Assembly: GCF_036321535.1 (NCBI RefSeq)
Contig: NC_087437.1
Coordinates: 116,252,001-116,316,000, forward strand
DNA from: Camelus dromedarius
Lineage: Eukaryota
Direction of reading: 5' to 3'
Length of the DNA stretch: 64,000 bases
In this document: piece by piece, positions 1 through 13,634 of the stretch
Layout of the letters: each line of letters starts with the position of its first letter
Numbering within the stretch: the stretch's first letter is position 1
Notes under the pieces: generated by a model
What the model was told of the DNA's origin: nothing
Database searches by the model: none
Seen by the model: only the letters and a program-made list of their open reading frames with translations
Translations under genes and position numbers: made by a program

Positions 1-516
1 AGGCTGGAAGGAGCATCCTGAAACACAATCAAGTTTAACAGTAAAGCAGCATCTCTCCTGGGAAGTCCCGCTGGCCAGCAGTGAGTCCTGAAGGGAGTTC
101 TGTGCAATTCTTGCCCTGCAAGGGATATGAAGGTCTATACTCGGATAGGTTTGGGAACTCCGTCAGAGTCTATAGTTCCCACTTGGAAATTCCCAGTTAT
201 CATTATTATTATATTAAAAAGTCTAAGAAATCCAGCAGCAAAGGCATCCTTTAACTTTGACTTCCAAATTGTTTAACCATTCTGGACTACAGAACTGTCT
301 CCCACCTCCCTCCACCTCCGTCCAACTATTATTCACTCCTCTGACTAGAGTGTCATGCAACCTACTGGGGACACTTTTGCTGACCATGATCGGTGTAGGG
401 TGGAAAGTTTTCATGTACTCAAAGAAAGAACGTGTTCTGAGTTTCATATGCCACTTGGCTGCGAGATGTACTTTTAGGACCTGCAGGTGACTGGCCAGCC
501 CTTGGGACTGCAAAGT

Positions 517-556
517 AGTCAGGCAAAGTCAGCCACAGTCAGCCACAGTCAGCCAC
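517..556 (+). repeat. 10-bp tandem repeat (AGTCAGCCAC)x3 plus one degenerate copy
   Basis: Exact copies at 527, 537 and 547; AGTCAGGCAA at 517. Confidence 0.9.
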
Positions 557-3500
557 AAATAATTTATTTACTTTTTGTCTCTTTGTTTCTTTATGTACCT
601 TTTATTCCCCAAAGGATTCATGTACATTTACAAAGACACATCCACATACCCTCCCACAAATATGACTTGAATTAAAAGTAGATGGAAAAGAAAAATGAGA
701 GTAAGCCTCAAAGAAGTAAGTGGATTAAATCATTTACTTATATCAGTTTTTATCTGTTTTTAAAAACCACAAACTAAATGTACACAGACCCACAGTGGCA
801 GAACCTTGTGTGTGACTTCAGAATTAGAGATAGGTTTTAAATATGCTTCACATTTGACACTGGAAATCAACGAGGCACTCTTTGAATCTAGTTATACATG
901 CACTGTATTTTATAATTCTTTTGAAACAGCATTGGGATTCTGCCTCTGAAAATTTCTTTCTTTTGTCTTGTCCTCACTGTGTCTATAATTCAAGGATCTG
1001 TAAGTGAGATGGCAAACTTTCTCCATTGACTTAGGCTCAGGCTTAGCATCAGCACCAAGGAACCACCTATGAGCCACCAGGTTTGGGTCGGGAGGCTTGG
1101 GTAGACTTCCCTCCCGCTCCCGCTTGTAGCTGGTCCGTCCCGCTTGGTCCTTCTTTGAAATGGCCTGTCCACTTGTCTCTCTCCCCAGCTGGGTTGTAAG
1201 CTGAGTGTCAAGGGAGATTCTACCTGATCCTCCCTCTGTGCTTCCAGAGCTTGGCCCGAATAATTCTTCAGGCAATGCTTGTTGAATCAACAGGCCTTGA
1301 CACGAAGGCACAATTTTTGCTGTAATTACATCTTCAGTTGAACCATAACCTACATCCATCCCATCCCACAAACACAGAGCACAGAACTTTGTAATCTAAA
1401 GTATTGTGAAAACATGTGTATCTGAAAACTCCCAAATAGTGCATTTTCTCCTTTGATGACCATTACAAAGAGACAGAGTTAGAATTGTTTCAAGGGAGTT
1501 ATTAAAGGGAAAGACATATTTTTATGAGTGAGAAGAAACAGAGCATCAAGTACCTACAATACAGTAGCTGTGTGAACCCCATGGAGGGAAGATAGGAAAC
1601 ATGTGGGGTATTTTGGAAAGAATAAAATTGAAGTCAAACAGAAAAGCGGATGCAGAGCCAGTGGGGTTCTCTGTGGACTGAAAGTTTGACCCTGGAGAAG
1701 AAAATAAGGGAAAGAAAGGAGAGGAAAAATGTACTGCAGTCTTGGTGTGGAAAGGGTGATCTGCTCCATGGCGTGACCCATCCAGGAGATCAGGGAATTC
1801 GCAACACTTCAGTCTCCTTCAAATGCTATGCTTAGACACGGTCTGTGTTAGCATACCTATGGCAGGAAGGGTACTTGGCTTTCAATGTGTTTTAAATTTT
1901 AAGATGAAGAGAATTTTCTCAGATTTGCCCGTTTTGAAGATGAAATATTATCGGGCTAAAACTTTTAAGAGCCACTTCCTGTGATTACAATCAAATGTGT
2001 ATCATTCCACCTGGGAGTGGCCAGTGCCAGTACATCGTGTTTCAGAGTCTCAGGCTGCATGAAGATACGTATATTTAAACATACATTTTATAATTATGGA
2101 TGTTAACCTGTCTAGTCCAGTATCCTGGGCATGTTCTCTAAGCGGGGCTCTTTGAAGGGCATGTTGTTGAGTTTTCAGTATCTGAAGAAACGATCTGTGA
2201 CCTCCCAGCGCCACAGTTGGTGAAAACGTGTATTTCATGGGTTCGTTCATCAACTCCTATCAGGATTTCTGGCTAGTTAGGCTCCGCCCCTCGGTTATCT
2301 CCACCCAGTGCAGGTGTCTGGTAGCTTGCTCTGCAGGAGGCTGGGTGGCTGAGAAGCTGTGAGTGAAAGAGACTTAGCTTTTGACCTCATCCTCCATTCC
2401 ACTGTTGGGAGGAAGTGTGGACGGGAGTGGAGGCGGAGAAATAATTTAAAAAGGAAAAATTTACTCCAAGCGCACAAAGGGCTGCAGTGCCGGGCAGACT
2501 GTGACAAGAACGGCATGCATCCGTAATGAAGGGCTAGAGAGTCAAAGAGGGAAAGACCAGACCCACCTGGGGCAGTCGGGAAAGGCAGAGAGCCCTGGAG
2601 AACAAATAGGACTTCGAAGGTCAGGGTGGGAGGAGAAGCCACCGGAGGTCAGGAGACCAGTAGGCACAAAGGTGCACCCAGAGGCAAGTGTAGCAAGGCC
2701 TGTGAGGTGCAAAGGAGTTGAGTCTATGTCAGGGAAGGAGTGGGAGTGACAAGAATCGAGATGATGCTGGCGATGCAGACACAGCCCAGGGCCCACCAAA
2801 GGCCACGCCATTCCAGGTGCATCTCTGTTCTCACAGCCAGCGCCTGCCCAGTGGGCTTTATTATGAGCCTTGCTTGAGGGATAAGGAGAGCGGGCTGGGG
2901 AGGGGCAGCCACTTGCTGATGGTCACAGGTTTCAGGAGGGAGCCTGGGCTTTGTAGTGAGGCTGTTGGTCTCTAGAAGCTAGATCTTTAAGTTTTGTGCC
3001 CCAGGAACTGAGAGTGGAGGGCAGGCTGGTTGAAAGGGCTGTTTGGGGTTCGGGTTGACAAGCCACGAGGAGTCACTGCAGGTTTGGACTGAGATGCACT
3101 TGAGCACATGTATCCGGCAGTGACTTGTCAGAGGGGGATTCTGAGAGGCTGGGTATAAGGAATACAGACTCGGAGGAGGGCAGTGGCCACAGAAAGGCAA
3201 AGGAGGACACACACAGAGATGCGTAAGAAGGGAGCAGCTCTGGGCTCGCGCTAGATGAGGCAGGAGGGAAGGAGTTTCAAGGCGGCCATGTGGGAGAACG
3301 AGGGTGCCGTCGTTTGGAACCAAAAATCAGGAGAAGTAGCTGGATGGAGGGAGGATAATGGTGGTGATGTTTTGGACCTGTCCATTCTGAGCATTTCTCT
3401 AGGTGGGGGGGGGGGGGGTGTCCCAGGGGATGTCAGAAACACAGATGGAATCTCCAAGGAGGTTCTGTTGGTGAGAGGTAAAGAAATGGGACTGGGAGTG

Positions 3501-4994
3501 GTCAAGAGGGGGTGGTGGAGGATGCTGAAAGAGGATAAAGAGAAATAGCAGAGGATGAGTATCAGACCCTGGGAACATAACTGAGGGCAGGGGGTGGTGA
3601 AGAGGAAAAGTCCACCAAGTGGAAAGAAAATGAATCATCAGAGCAGCAGCTGGAAGACCAAAAGGTCTCTGACCCAGTAGCAACAGGCATTAGGAACTTT
3701 CCGAAGACACTGCTACGAATCCCCGCCTTGACTCACACATCTGAGATCAGGAGAAGCAATTTTGGGAGCTGAAGGTGAGAAGCAGCGGAGAGGCTGAAGG
3801 TGCCAACAAGAAAAGATGGTGAAGGAGGGCTTGGTGGCCCCCTTGCCATGCACACTCCAGTTAGAAAATCAGAGGAATTGGGAGATTATGGTTCGGCTGG
3901 CGCATCAGTCTCAGAAGCCTGGAGGGTGGCTCCCTCTGAACCTGGCAGTGTCATGAGTGTCTTTTCCTCTATTCCCTGTTCCAAGCCTGGCTAACCCATT
4001 CCCTTTCCTCCTTAAAAATCAATCAAGCCATTCACTAAATTAACATCTGTCATGATTTTAAAAGTGTATGCTCAACTCAGAGGGTGGTTGCACACGACTC
4101 TGAGGGAAGATTCCAGCAAGCCGGGCCCCTTCAGATGAATACCTGGCTTTTGTGAATTATGTGAATCAGTCGTCTGAGACGTCCTGGATCAAGCACAAGT
4201 CCATTCTTGACTGTGTTTCCAACGCAAAGGGAAAGATAATTCAGTGTCCAAACTTGCTAATTGCTGCCATGATTAAAGCAAGACTTTTCAAGTTTACTCT
4301 TTTACAAGATCGGCATCCTTTTGAACACAAACAGGATCTGACAGATAGTCTAGGGAGACGGCAGGCAACGCCAGGTCCCTCAGAACTGTTCGTTGCTGCT
4401 GGCTTTGAAGCTGCGGTTTAAAGTTTGTTTTGCTGGGCTGTCTTCTGCCTTTTCAGTGCTGTTCTGGGATTAAGCAAAACTTCAGCGAAACCTAAGGTAT
4501 GGTATTATAGCACTTCTGAAAAATATGGAGGTGGACTCAAAAGTCACAGCCTTAATTCCTTAGCAAAAGTCAAATGGGTAATATTTTGCGAACTGCTGGA
4601 CAGGAAGTTCGGTTATCTGATAAGTGCTCTTGGAGCCCTAGGGAAGAAAAGATGGGCGAGGAGTGAGGAAAAGCCCCGTGGCAAGTGATCGTGGAAACTG
4701 ACACACAGAGGGTCATTCTGTGAAGAGCGGCAGGCTGGTCTCTGGAAAAGAGACTTTGGACTTGGGAGTTGTCATTCCTGGATGTGAATTTCAGGTGTGC
4801 AAACTCCTTTAGGGGAGGGGCATCGACCGTCAGAGCCTCAGCGTATATTGTGGGGTGTATGGGGAGTAATCAGCAGAGGTTGGTCCCTTCTCTCCCCACT
4901 CCGGGTCCCCACCCTCCCCCACCGATTCCCCACCATCACCCCCCACCCCCAGGAGCAACACAAGGCTCTCCCTTAAGGTAGCTGGTGAAGAAAA

Positions 4995-5100
4995 GCTTGG
5001 ACTTGGAAATGGAAGCCCTGGGTTGGAGTCCTCACTTCTGGGCTGTGTGATCCTCCACATGTTACCTCACTTCTTAGTTTCTCATTTGCTAACTTGAGAA
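4995..5100 (+). mobile_element. MIR SINE fragment
   Basis: ctgggttggagtcctcacttctg...ctgtgtgatc...tagtttctcatttg resembles the MIR core. Confidence 0.6.
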
Positions 5101-6449
5101 ATTCCTCCCCACAAGAATAAAACTGAAAAGTGAAATGAACAGACTTTTTGAAAGCGTGGGGAAGCCACTTCTGCTTCTAGGAGTCAGGAGGGAACGAGCA
5201 TTCTCAAAATGACCAAAAAGCAATCCTCCTTTCCTCCCTGGGGACCTAATTCCCTTTTTATACAATTCTGCTTTTTAAAAATTTGCTTTATAAGGAAACT
5301 CAAAATTCCAGAGTCTAGGTTACTACCCTTCCAAAATCTTCAAGCAGCTTTTTGAAATTTTTCAACTTTTAAAAGGGATTCTATGCCTGTAGCTGCTCAG
5401 ACTTCAGTGAATGAGAGCTTAGCTTTGGCACAGCGGGCTGACTGGGCTTCCTTCTAGAAATGACTGCTCTTCTCAATGCGGATTGAATCGGAAGTTACCT
5501 TTGCAATTGTTTGTTGAGTTCCTTCATTCTTCTCCGTGAAAAATACATAGAGACAACATCAACGTTAACTTTCTCTTAGGTTTTATAAGGAGAGGAGAGG
5601 GACAAAGAGAAAGACTGTGGTCCTGGCATACAGTTGAATCACGCTCTGGAATCTGGGTGGGTCTAGGAAAAAGTACAGACTTCAGTGGAAAACATATATG
5701 GGTGTGGGAGAAATCCCTGTAAACTGTAAATTGACTTCACACTGCACAGGCTGGTATGGAAAGAAACCACAATGCTCCCAAAATCAGAGATGAGGAGACA
5801 GAGTAAATATGGCACCAATAGAACACCAGGTGCCCTCGGGAGCTGGGGATGTTTGCAGTCAGTAGCCATCTTAACCAGCTCTGGGGACCCCAGTAGTCGT
5901 AAGCATGCATGTAGCGCAGTGTCCGGGAGTTATCCATTTGATGACCTGTTTATCACCAAGCTTCTCCATCACCCGACCTCAGTTATGCACTTTCCCTCCC
6001 CACCCACTCGGGCCTGTGTTCTGTTGCTTCTGGATTCACCCACCTTGTCACCATTGCCTGCGAGGTCTCTCCCTGAAAGCCCTCATTTCTTTCCTTTTTC
6101 TATCAGAGTCTCCTTCTCCCCTTCAAGGCCTGCTGAGCTCGGGTTTTTCCCTTCTCCGTGGAGCCTGACCACTTCTGCACTTCCTGAATTTCATTTTCTC
6201 TAGGCTGAATCGAACCTAGACTGTGTCTGTACCACTAAGAGCGAATCAAACACTGTGTCCCGATTTGAATATCTGTGAGGCACAGGTTCCACCTCTTTCC
6301 CCAGTCAGATTACCAGCCCCGGGACAGCTGAGGGCCCAGGGCACGTCATGCTTGACCCAGTGAGAACCAGCTAGCTACCCTAGTCGAGTCCTAGCTTATG
6401 CCTTGAGTTAGGTACATTCAACTCACTGTTTGTAGCTGTAGTCTCATGC

Positions 6450-6690
6450 TAGGCCAGCTTTATTATCTTTTCCAAAAGAAGGAAGCTGAAAACCAAGGAG
6501 ATTAAATCACTCGTCCAAAGTCACCACCCAATTGCTTTCCATACAACATCTCACTTCATCATCAGGGCGACCCCAGCAGACAGTCGGCAACACGAGGTTT
6601 CAGACTTTAAGTAACTTGTCCCCTGCCCGCATCCTAACCAGCAGACCTGAAGTTTGAACCCGAGTCTGTGGGTGGCTCCAACCCTGTACC
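6450..6690 (-). mobile_element. MIR fragments
   Basis: ggaagctgaaaaccaaggagattaaatcactcgtccaaagtcac and taagtaacttgtcc...tttgaacccgagtctg. Confidence 0.55.
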
Positions 6691-6749
6691 TTTACACTGT
6701 ATAACGGCTTCCCTAGCACCCAAATGCTCAAGACAGAGTCGAGCATGGA

Positions 6750-7200
6750 ATAATATTAGATTTACAACAAAACTGAGAGGGAGAGATTTCTCATGCATCG
6801 CCCGCTGCCCTTATCAACACCACTCATCAGATGGTACATTTCTTAACCGAGGATGACGACACAGCCTCATCATCCAAGTCCGTCGTTCAGCACAGGGCTC
6901 ACTCTTGGTGCTGAACGTTCTGTGGGTTTGGACAAACATGTTCTGACACGTATCCACCATGATAACCTCACAGGAGAAGTTTCACTGCCCTAAACACTCT
7001 CCACGCTCCCCCTGTTCACCCCTGCCTTCCCTAACCCCTGGCAACCACTGATCTTTTTCTGTCTCCATGGCTTTGCTTTTTCCAGAACTTCATGTAGTTG
7101 GAATCACGCAGGAAGCAGCCTTTTCAAACTGGCTTCTTTCACCTCGTGACATACGCTGAAGTTTTCTTCATGTCTTTTCATGACTTGATAGCGCGTTCTC
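6750..7200 (-). mobile_element. Old L1 3' end (L1MC-like)
   Basis: agggctcactcttggtg...tgtgggtttggacaaa...cccctggcaaccactgatcttttt...gttggaatca...actggcttctttcac. Confidence 0.8.
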
Positions 7201-8384
7201 CCTGTAGATTTTTGAGAGGACCAAGGCAAAGCTGGACTCCTTGTTCTTGGCTCTGTAGTAACAGGCTGAAAAGATTTATAAGCGTGTTAACGTTTTAGGG
7301 AGAGCATAACTATTTTATCATTCTGGGTCGCCCATACTTCGCCACGTGCCTCATAAAGAATTTGAAATGTGGCAGATACGTCGCTAGCCCGTTTCTTGAA
7401 TAGCCAAGGGTATTTCTGAGTGACAGCATTGTTCTCATCTTACAGAGCCACGTCCCCTTCACCCAAGTCCACCAGAAAGCACCAGAATCGGCAGGGGTCT
7501 CAGCTGCATGGATCCATCTTTCTAAACCTTCTCGATGCAAAGCAGGGTTGGGCATCTTCAAAGACAGGTATTCTTGAAGCCCATATTGGCTTAGAGAAGC
7601 TCAGATTTGGAGTTGAGTCTCTCTCTATGTTTTTACTTGAAATTTCGCATCACAGAAAGCTAAAGCTTAAGGGTGTTTCAGAGAAGTTAGCACGACCCTC
7701 TCTCCCATTACAGATGATGTGACTTGCCCGTGGTTTTGCAGCACGTAGAGGAGCTGGTTCTTCTGAAGGAGCTTGGGACCCCTCACCAGGTCTCCTCCCA
7801 TCCCAGGTGAAGCCCAAGAGGAAAAGACGAACCCTAACTCAGGGGGAAGCAAAATGATTGAACTGTCTTACAATTTGGAAACAGATGAGAGGCCTGAGTA
7901 GGAAGAAATAGGGAATCAGTAAAACATTTGCAAGTTTTAAAAAGACACAGGATTCCAGCTTTTCCTAAACTGTTGACATTTGTCAGTAGTTCCTTCTCTG
8001 AGCTCTGTCCTTCCCAAAGAGGGTCCTGTCAGGGAAACCCCTGGGAACCGGGCTCGGTGGCATTTTAGTGCTTTTCCAAGCAGAGGATGGAGAGCCGCGT
8101 GCTATTCTGACAGCTTACACTGTGCAACCACCCGAGCTCTGGCTGCCGGACCTGGTCCTTGTTACTCTGTGCAGATAGTCCACATCCTGTCCTGAGCTCA
8201 TTGTGGGGACAGACTGTGCAGGGAAGAAACGTCTGTAGAAATGCACATGGGGGTCATCACAAGCGAAGGAGCACGAGATCCACCCCGTGTCACAAGAAGT
8301 TGCTAGCATGTTCCTGTTTGTCTATAATTATCCACCACAAGGGGCTGCTTACTGACCCGACATTTTAAATGCAAAGCACACGTC

Positions 8385-8544
8385 AACACCTTATAATACA
8401 CTGTAATGGAAAAAAATCAGAAAAAAAAAGAATATAGATACATACATATATATATAACCGAACCACCTTGCTGTACACCTGAAACTAACACAATATTGTA
8501 AATCAACTGTACTTCAGCTGAAAACACACACACACACACACACA
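8385..8544 (+). mobile_element. 5'-truncated L1 3' end followed by (CA)n
   Basis: gctgtacacctgaaactaacacaatattgtaaatcaactgtacttca, a laurasiatherian-type L1 terminus; (AC)10 at 8524-8543. Confidence 0.8.
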
Positions 8545-8959
8545 TACACTCAAAACCTGTGACTTAGTGCCACGGATCAGACCCAGGAGAAAGTGTGACG
8601 CCCTGGGCAGCTTTGAGAGCTGTTAAAATGCGAGGCTTCACCTGGTAACTTCCCAAGTCCCAGAGCCCATTGGATAGAATTCAGGCGAGAGAAAGAGCTT
8701 CCAGTGTCCCTTAGCACCTCCGAAGAATAAGAAAACACTGTGCTGCCTTCCAGGCCTCTGGGCTGTTCTGCTTAGCACCTTTTGTTGTTGAATAGCTTTA
8801 AAAAAATCTGTAGCTACATCAGGTATAATTGCCTTATGATGCAAGGGGACTGTTTTTCACCCATTGAAACCAAGTCTTGTTTGTCATGGAAACCCTCGTG
8901 GCTCAAGGGCTCTGTCCTTGGAGGTGGGCAGAGGCTGCTAGCATAGGACGGAGGCCCCT

Positions 8960-9035
8960 GCTCCAATGCCTGGCTTCTACCTCCGGGGCGGAGGACATGT
9001 TCACGCCCCGCCCAGTCTCTCAGCTGGCACGTGAG
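8960..9035 (+). promoter_or_regulatory. Candidate TATA-less promoter
   Basis: CCAAT 8963-8967, GC boxes GGGGCGG 8985-8991 and GCCCCGCCC 9005-9013, E-box CACGTG 9028-9033. Confidence 0.5.
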
Positions 9036-9172
9036 CACACAGCCTATAGGTGTGGATTGCACACCAGCCTCCCAGCACCTGGGCTTCCTCCCTGCAGAGC
9101 CAGGCCCCCTCATCGCTTCCCCAGGTCCCTGAGATCTTCAGCTGGGCTGGAGCCCCAGCACCTGAATGCCAG
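9030..9172 (+). other. KCNJ15: Candidate KCNJ15 first (non-coding) exon; start approximate
   Basis: Consensus donor CAG|GTAAGT at 9172/9173, just downstream of GC boxes in non-repetitive GC-rich sequence. Confidence 0.55.
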
Positions 9173-10424
9173 GTAAGTCCCTCTGCAACCCGCCCCACCC
9201 TCGCCGCCCCGAGCTTCTCACTGATCACCCGGGGTGGTAGAGAAGGAAGGGAAAAATAAAAAGCTCAAAGCTCAAAGGACCAGGGAATTTCCGGAAGGTC
9301 CAGCCAAAGTGATTCATCTTGACCTTGGACACGATTTTTTTCCCCTACTCACCACTCTTTTATGTATATATTTATCTTACTGATTTGAAAATTCATACTT
9401 TTGAAAATTCCAGTGCTTAACAATGATGAAGCACTAACTACTCTATGAGGCTTCAAATAGAATACAGCATTCACTTCATCAGGAAAACAAGAATGAATAC
9501 TTGTACCCTGTGCTGTAAAGACTGAGACCTCAGTTTATTTGCATAGACAAAGGCCTTAGTATAAAACTGAAAGGCAGTTAGCTAGCAAAGACTCCTTTTG
9601 ACAATAGTGGATCAAACAGCTTCTACAAACATGGATCAGCTAATAATCAGATTAAATTTACAAGTAAATAACTTGCAGCCTTAGTGCTGAGGTTTGACCC
9701 TTAACGTCCTTGATTTCAATGACGTGTATAAAAATGCAGCTGTTTGAAAAAGGACACACACTTAGGTTCATTTCTTTCAAGGTCGTGTATATTACTATTT
9801 ACAAGTCCGTATGGAAAGTGATGAGATTTTAAAAATATTAAATGACTGTAGCTAGCTAGCACCCCAGTGATCTTTACTGATCAGTTTGTCTGAGGCTTTC
9901 AGAATCCACCCAAGGCCTGGTTGACTCTTATTCACAATTTTTGAGAGAGATCGTTCTAAATTAATCTAACTCTGATAGACAAGTCCCATTTGTGTGACTT
10001 TATTTAATATCCTTACCTACTATTGCCCTAATATTTGAAAAGCTCCTTTTCTCCCTCAATACACTTTGATCATATCTCTCTTTTCTCCCATTATTCACAA
10101 AGCAATTTCCCAGGCATGCAAATATTAGACCCCATTCATCAATGTCCTGTCGATGACCTGCCAATTACTCTGCTCAATTGCCCATGACACTTGTGATTTC
10201 TCCAACCAGGATTAAGTTGTATGTTTTCATAAGGTGATTTGTTTTAAAACCAGGATGGCCCATAAAACTAAGGGTTTTGCAGGCACAGACTTAACAGTGT
10301 CGTGTTTGCTCTGCAGACGCATTTTTGAACGCTAATAGTGAAACATGAGATGTAAACGTGAAGGAAGCAAATTAACTCTCAGGGTTTCACATGTGCTCTC
10401 ACGATCAGCACTGACCACGCTGGG

Positions 10425-10485
10425 AGAGAACTTTGAGGTCATGCTGTCCAACCCTCTCATTTTACAGATGAGGAAAACAGGACTA
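10425..10485 (-). mobile_element. MIR fragment
   Basis: gtccaaccctctcattttacagatgaggaaaacagg. Confidence 0.7.
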
Positions 10486-10959
10486 ATTGATAGCTGGCGA
10501 TACCAAATTATAGCCCTTCTAAAACTCGAGAGCAGAGTTAGCAGGCTTCCTAATGTGCTCAGTTACTAGCTAGATTCCACGAGCTGATGAGTGTGCCGTG
10601 ACCTTGAGTATTTCCATTCTGCGGTTTTTCAAATGTTCATGTTTCTAATGTGGTATCCGCAATCCCGAGGCCCGGTAACCTCTCACCACTGAGACCTTGC
10701 CAGTACCTAACTCGGAGCAGCCCACCTCTTCCACACTCAGCCGTGTTCCTGGGCTGCGAGGCCACGGTGTGTGTGGCCAAAGGTGCCAGTTCCCGCGTGG
10801 GGAGCTGACGGGGCCCTTGCGACTGGCTGGTCTCCTTTCTCCGCCTCTTATCACCTCCCCTGCGTGCTTCCTGGGGGCTAGTCCAGGTCGTTCTACGTTT
10901 CTCCACCTTGGTCCTCCTACACCAAGGGGTGCTACCGCCAGTCCCCGGACTAAGAAAGA

Positions 10960-11800
10960 GCACATTTCCTCAAGTTGCATCCTCCACTGCTCAGGACTTT
11001 TTAATAAGCTTCTCATCTTCCTCCTTGTTCCCCACACCTGGAGAAGAGGCTTCATGAGGACAAGAATCTTGTCTGTGCTCTTGGGTCCCCAGTGTCTAGA
11101 AGAGTCTGGAAAAGAGTAAGTGCTTGACATGTACACGTGCAGTGGACGTAACCTGTCCGCTCTCCCTCCTCTCTTAGGGAAGCAGGTGTCCCCCTTCCAT
11201 TCTAAGACCTCCTACTCCCAGGGCCTCCTTCTTCACCCTCCAATCTCTGACCTCTAGGTCACGCCCTTGTTCTGGAAATCGAGCCTCCTTGGCTGTCCCC
11301 TCCAGTGAGTTCACATCGCCGTCCCTGCACTGGCTGCTCGCTTCCGGCCCCTTTGCTGGGAAGTCCTCTCTCTTCCTCTTCAGACGATCCCCGAGATTCT
11401 GCCCTCGGCTGCCTTCTTCTCTGGTATTTTCCTCTTTGGCAGATCTCACTGACTCATCGGGGGTCAACTCCTACTTCTTGGGCAGGGACTCCCCATCATC
11501 AGCCCCAGGTTCATTTCCTGGAGATGGACCCCTCAGAGCAAACGTGCTTAGAGCCAGCCTCAGCGTGTTGCCTTCAGTGCCCTCTGCTTTTCAGGAAAGG
11601 CTTCCTCTTCATCCAGGCACCAAGCCCCAGAGCCCTTTCCGCTCCTGTTCCCCCATCACCACGTCACAGCTAATAGGTGTGTGAGGCTTCCCTGTTGGTA
11701 ACTCTTGGCAGTGACGCCCCAAGTTCATATATTCTCACCTGAATTCAGCAGCCTCTGAAATAGCCTCTTTACAGCCACTCTGTCCTCAGTCTGCCCAGCT
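10960..11800 (+). mobile_element. L2 LINE fragments
   Basis: L2 3'-end motif cttcatgaggacaagaatcttgtctg...ccccagtgtctag...gtaagtgcttga, plus pyrimidine-rich L2 body. Confidence 0.55.
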
Positions 11801-11924
11801 GGAGGAGCCTGGCGTCTTTCTGCCTGTTGAAAGATTAAATTTCAGTTGGATCTCCATGGCCTCTTAAAATCTCTTGCCCAGGTAGCTTGCAACCTGGCCT
11901 CAAATTAACTTTCCGCAGGTGCCA

Positions 11925-12127
11925 CAGTGATTCTCAACCATGGATACTCATTAGAAGCAAATGGGGAACTTTGAAAAAGTACCCAAATTCAGTCTTCTAC
12001 TCAGATGTCTTCCCTGCCACCATGAGACATTCTGATTCAGTTGACCTGGGGTGGAGCTAAGGTTTTAGAGCATTTTAAAATGTCCCCGGGTGTTCCTTAT
12101 ATGCAGCCGTAGTTGAAAATCGTTGCT
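11925..12127. mobile_element. MER5-type hAT-Charlie DNA transposon relic
   Basis: cagtgattctcaacc...ttctgattcagttgacctggggtgg...gcagccgtagttgaaaatcgttg, with degenerate terminal inverted repeats. Confidence 0.75.
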
Positions 12128-13634
12128 ATACCCTTTGGTCCAATCAAATGCGGGTACTTAGGAAAGTACTTTACCAGCACCCCACACTTTGCCTGGTCAG
12201 ATCCCCCGGAGGGCAATTCTCTTTGCTCTATTTTTCTTCCTACCGAAAATGCGTGAAGAAGTCTGTGATTCTTCCAGTTGGAAAGAATCAATCCTATTCC
12301 TGGGATGCCTCGGTACGTTTCCATATTTTACAGCCGTCCATGCCAGCTGGGAAGGCTCTGTGCTAGGCAAGGACAGCACAGACTGCTAGAACAAGACAAG
12401 GTTCCTGTCTTCACACAGATGGGCATCTTGTGGGATGAAAGAAACACATAAAACAACAAATACCATCAGTTTTATGACAGAAGTATGGAAGAGTCCATGG
12501 GATGGTGTGTAGGCATAAAAGACTATTCTTGGTGTAGTCACAATTTATGTCATCGGTACATGTTTGAGGGCCAGGACCATGCGTCATTCACCATTATGTA
12601 TTTCAAGGACCACATTTTTCTTGCAATAGTGTTAAATGTTTGCTGAATCAGTGGTGGAGTGAGTGAGTGATATATTGGTGATTAGGAGTCACTGGGGAAT
12701 AGTGGCATCTTCAAGGAGACAGTGCCATAGTTCAGTGCCCGGCCAGGGTGGAGCTTGTCCCCTGGAGTTCAAAGACTCACGTCACCATTGTCAGTCCTAA
12801 GCTATGTGTGAGTTTTACAAGTTCCCTCAACTGTCCATTCCACAGCTTATTTTAAACAGTAACAAGAATAGCATATTAGAAACTGGGTTCCATCTCTCAT
12901 GACTAGATGGTGGTAATGGTCTGTCCAAAACAATACTTGGCCCCTTTGATTTTAATAAGCAGATCCTAGAGATCCACTGTGATGATTTGATGGCTGATGA
13001 GAAGAACTGGGGGGGGGGGGTTTAGAAGACATACCTGCCCCCTCTACAGATCCATGAGCCTTCCCTTCTTCCTTCTCGACCTTGCCATGGTCTTCAAGTT
13101 GAGTCTTTGGGCCTCTTAACGATGTTGTTGAAAAAGCTGCTTAAAATGGCCACCAAATGAATGAAGACAAATAGGACCCTGCAATAACGTCCAGGCTGGT
13201 GGAAGGGAGGGGGTGGGAGGAGTGCAGAACTAAACAAGTGACGAACCAAAGCACATGTGAAAGTAATTGTGCTTCTCCAATGGAAACCTCTAATCCTTGA
13301 AGTAATTAATCATCCTCCAAGAAGTGAGGGAGAAGTCGGGGAGAAAGCTGATCTGAACATCTGTGTACTCTTTGAGGACACTAGTAAACCACAGCCTAAG
13401 AGTCATCAACTGAGTGAGCTGAAAGCATTTGTCCCGCTTCCGGGAACATCTGAGTCAGGACAGATAAAAGGAAGTGTTTCTTAATCCAGAGGATCTGAAC
13501 ACTGTGGCAACTCATTTCCCACAGAAATAGAACAATGTGCCCATATAAATCATGTCAAAGAAGCCATTTAGAAAACTTCACATGTAACAATAAATGCATT
13601 GAAAATGCTCACATGTTTTGGGCCATCTCTTTGA

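Noticed and set aside
517..556. Direct repeats as a CRISPR-like array
   Set aside because: Abutting 10-mers with no spacers, in a mammalian genome; a simple tandem duplication.
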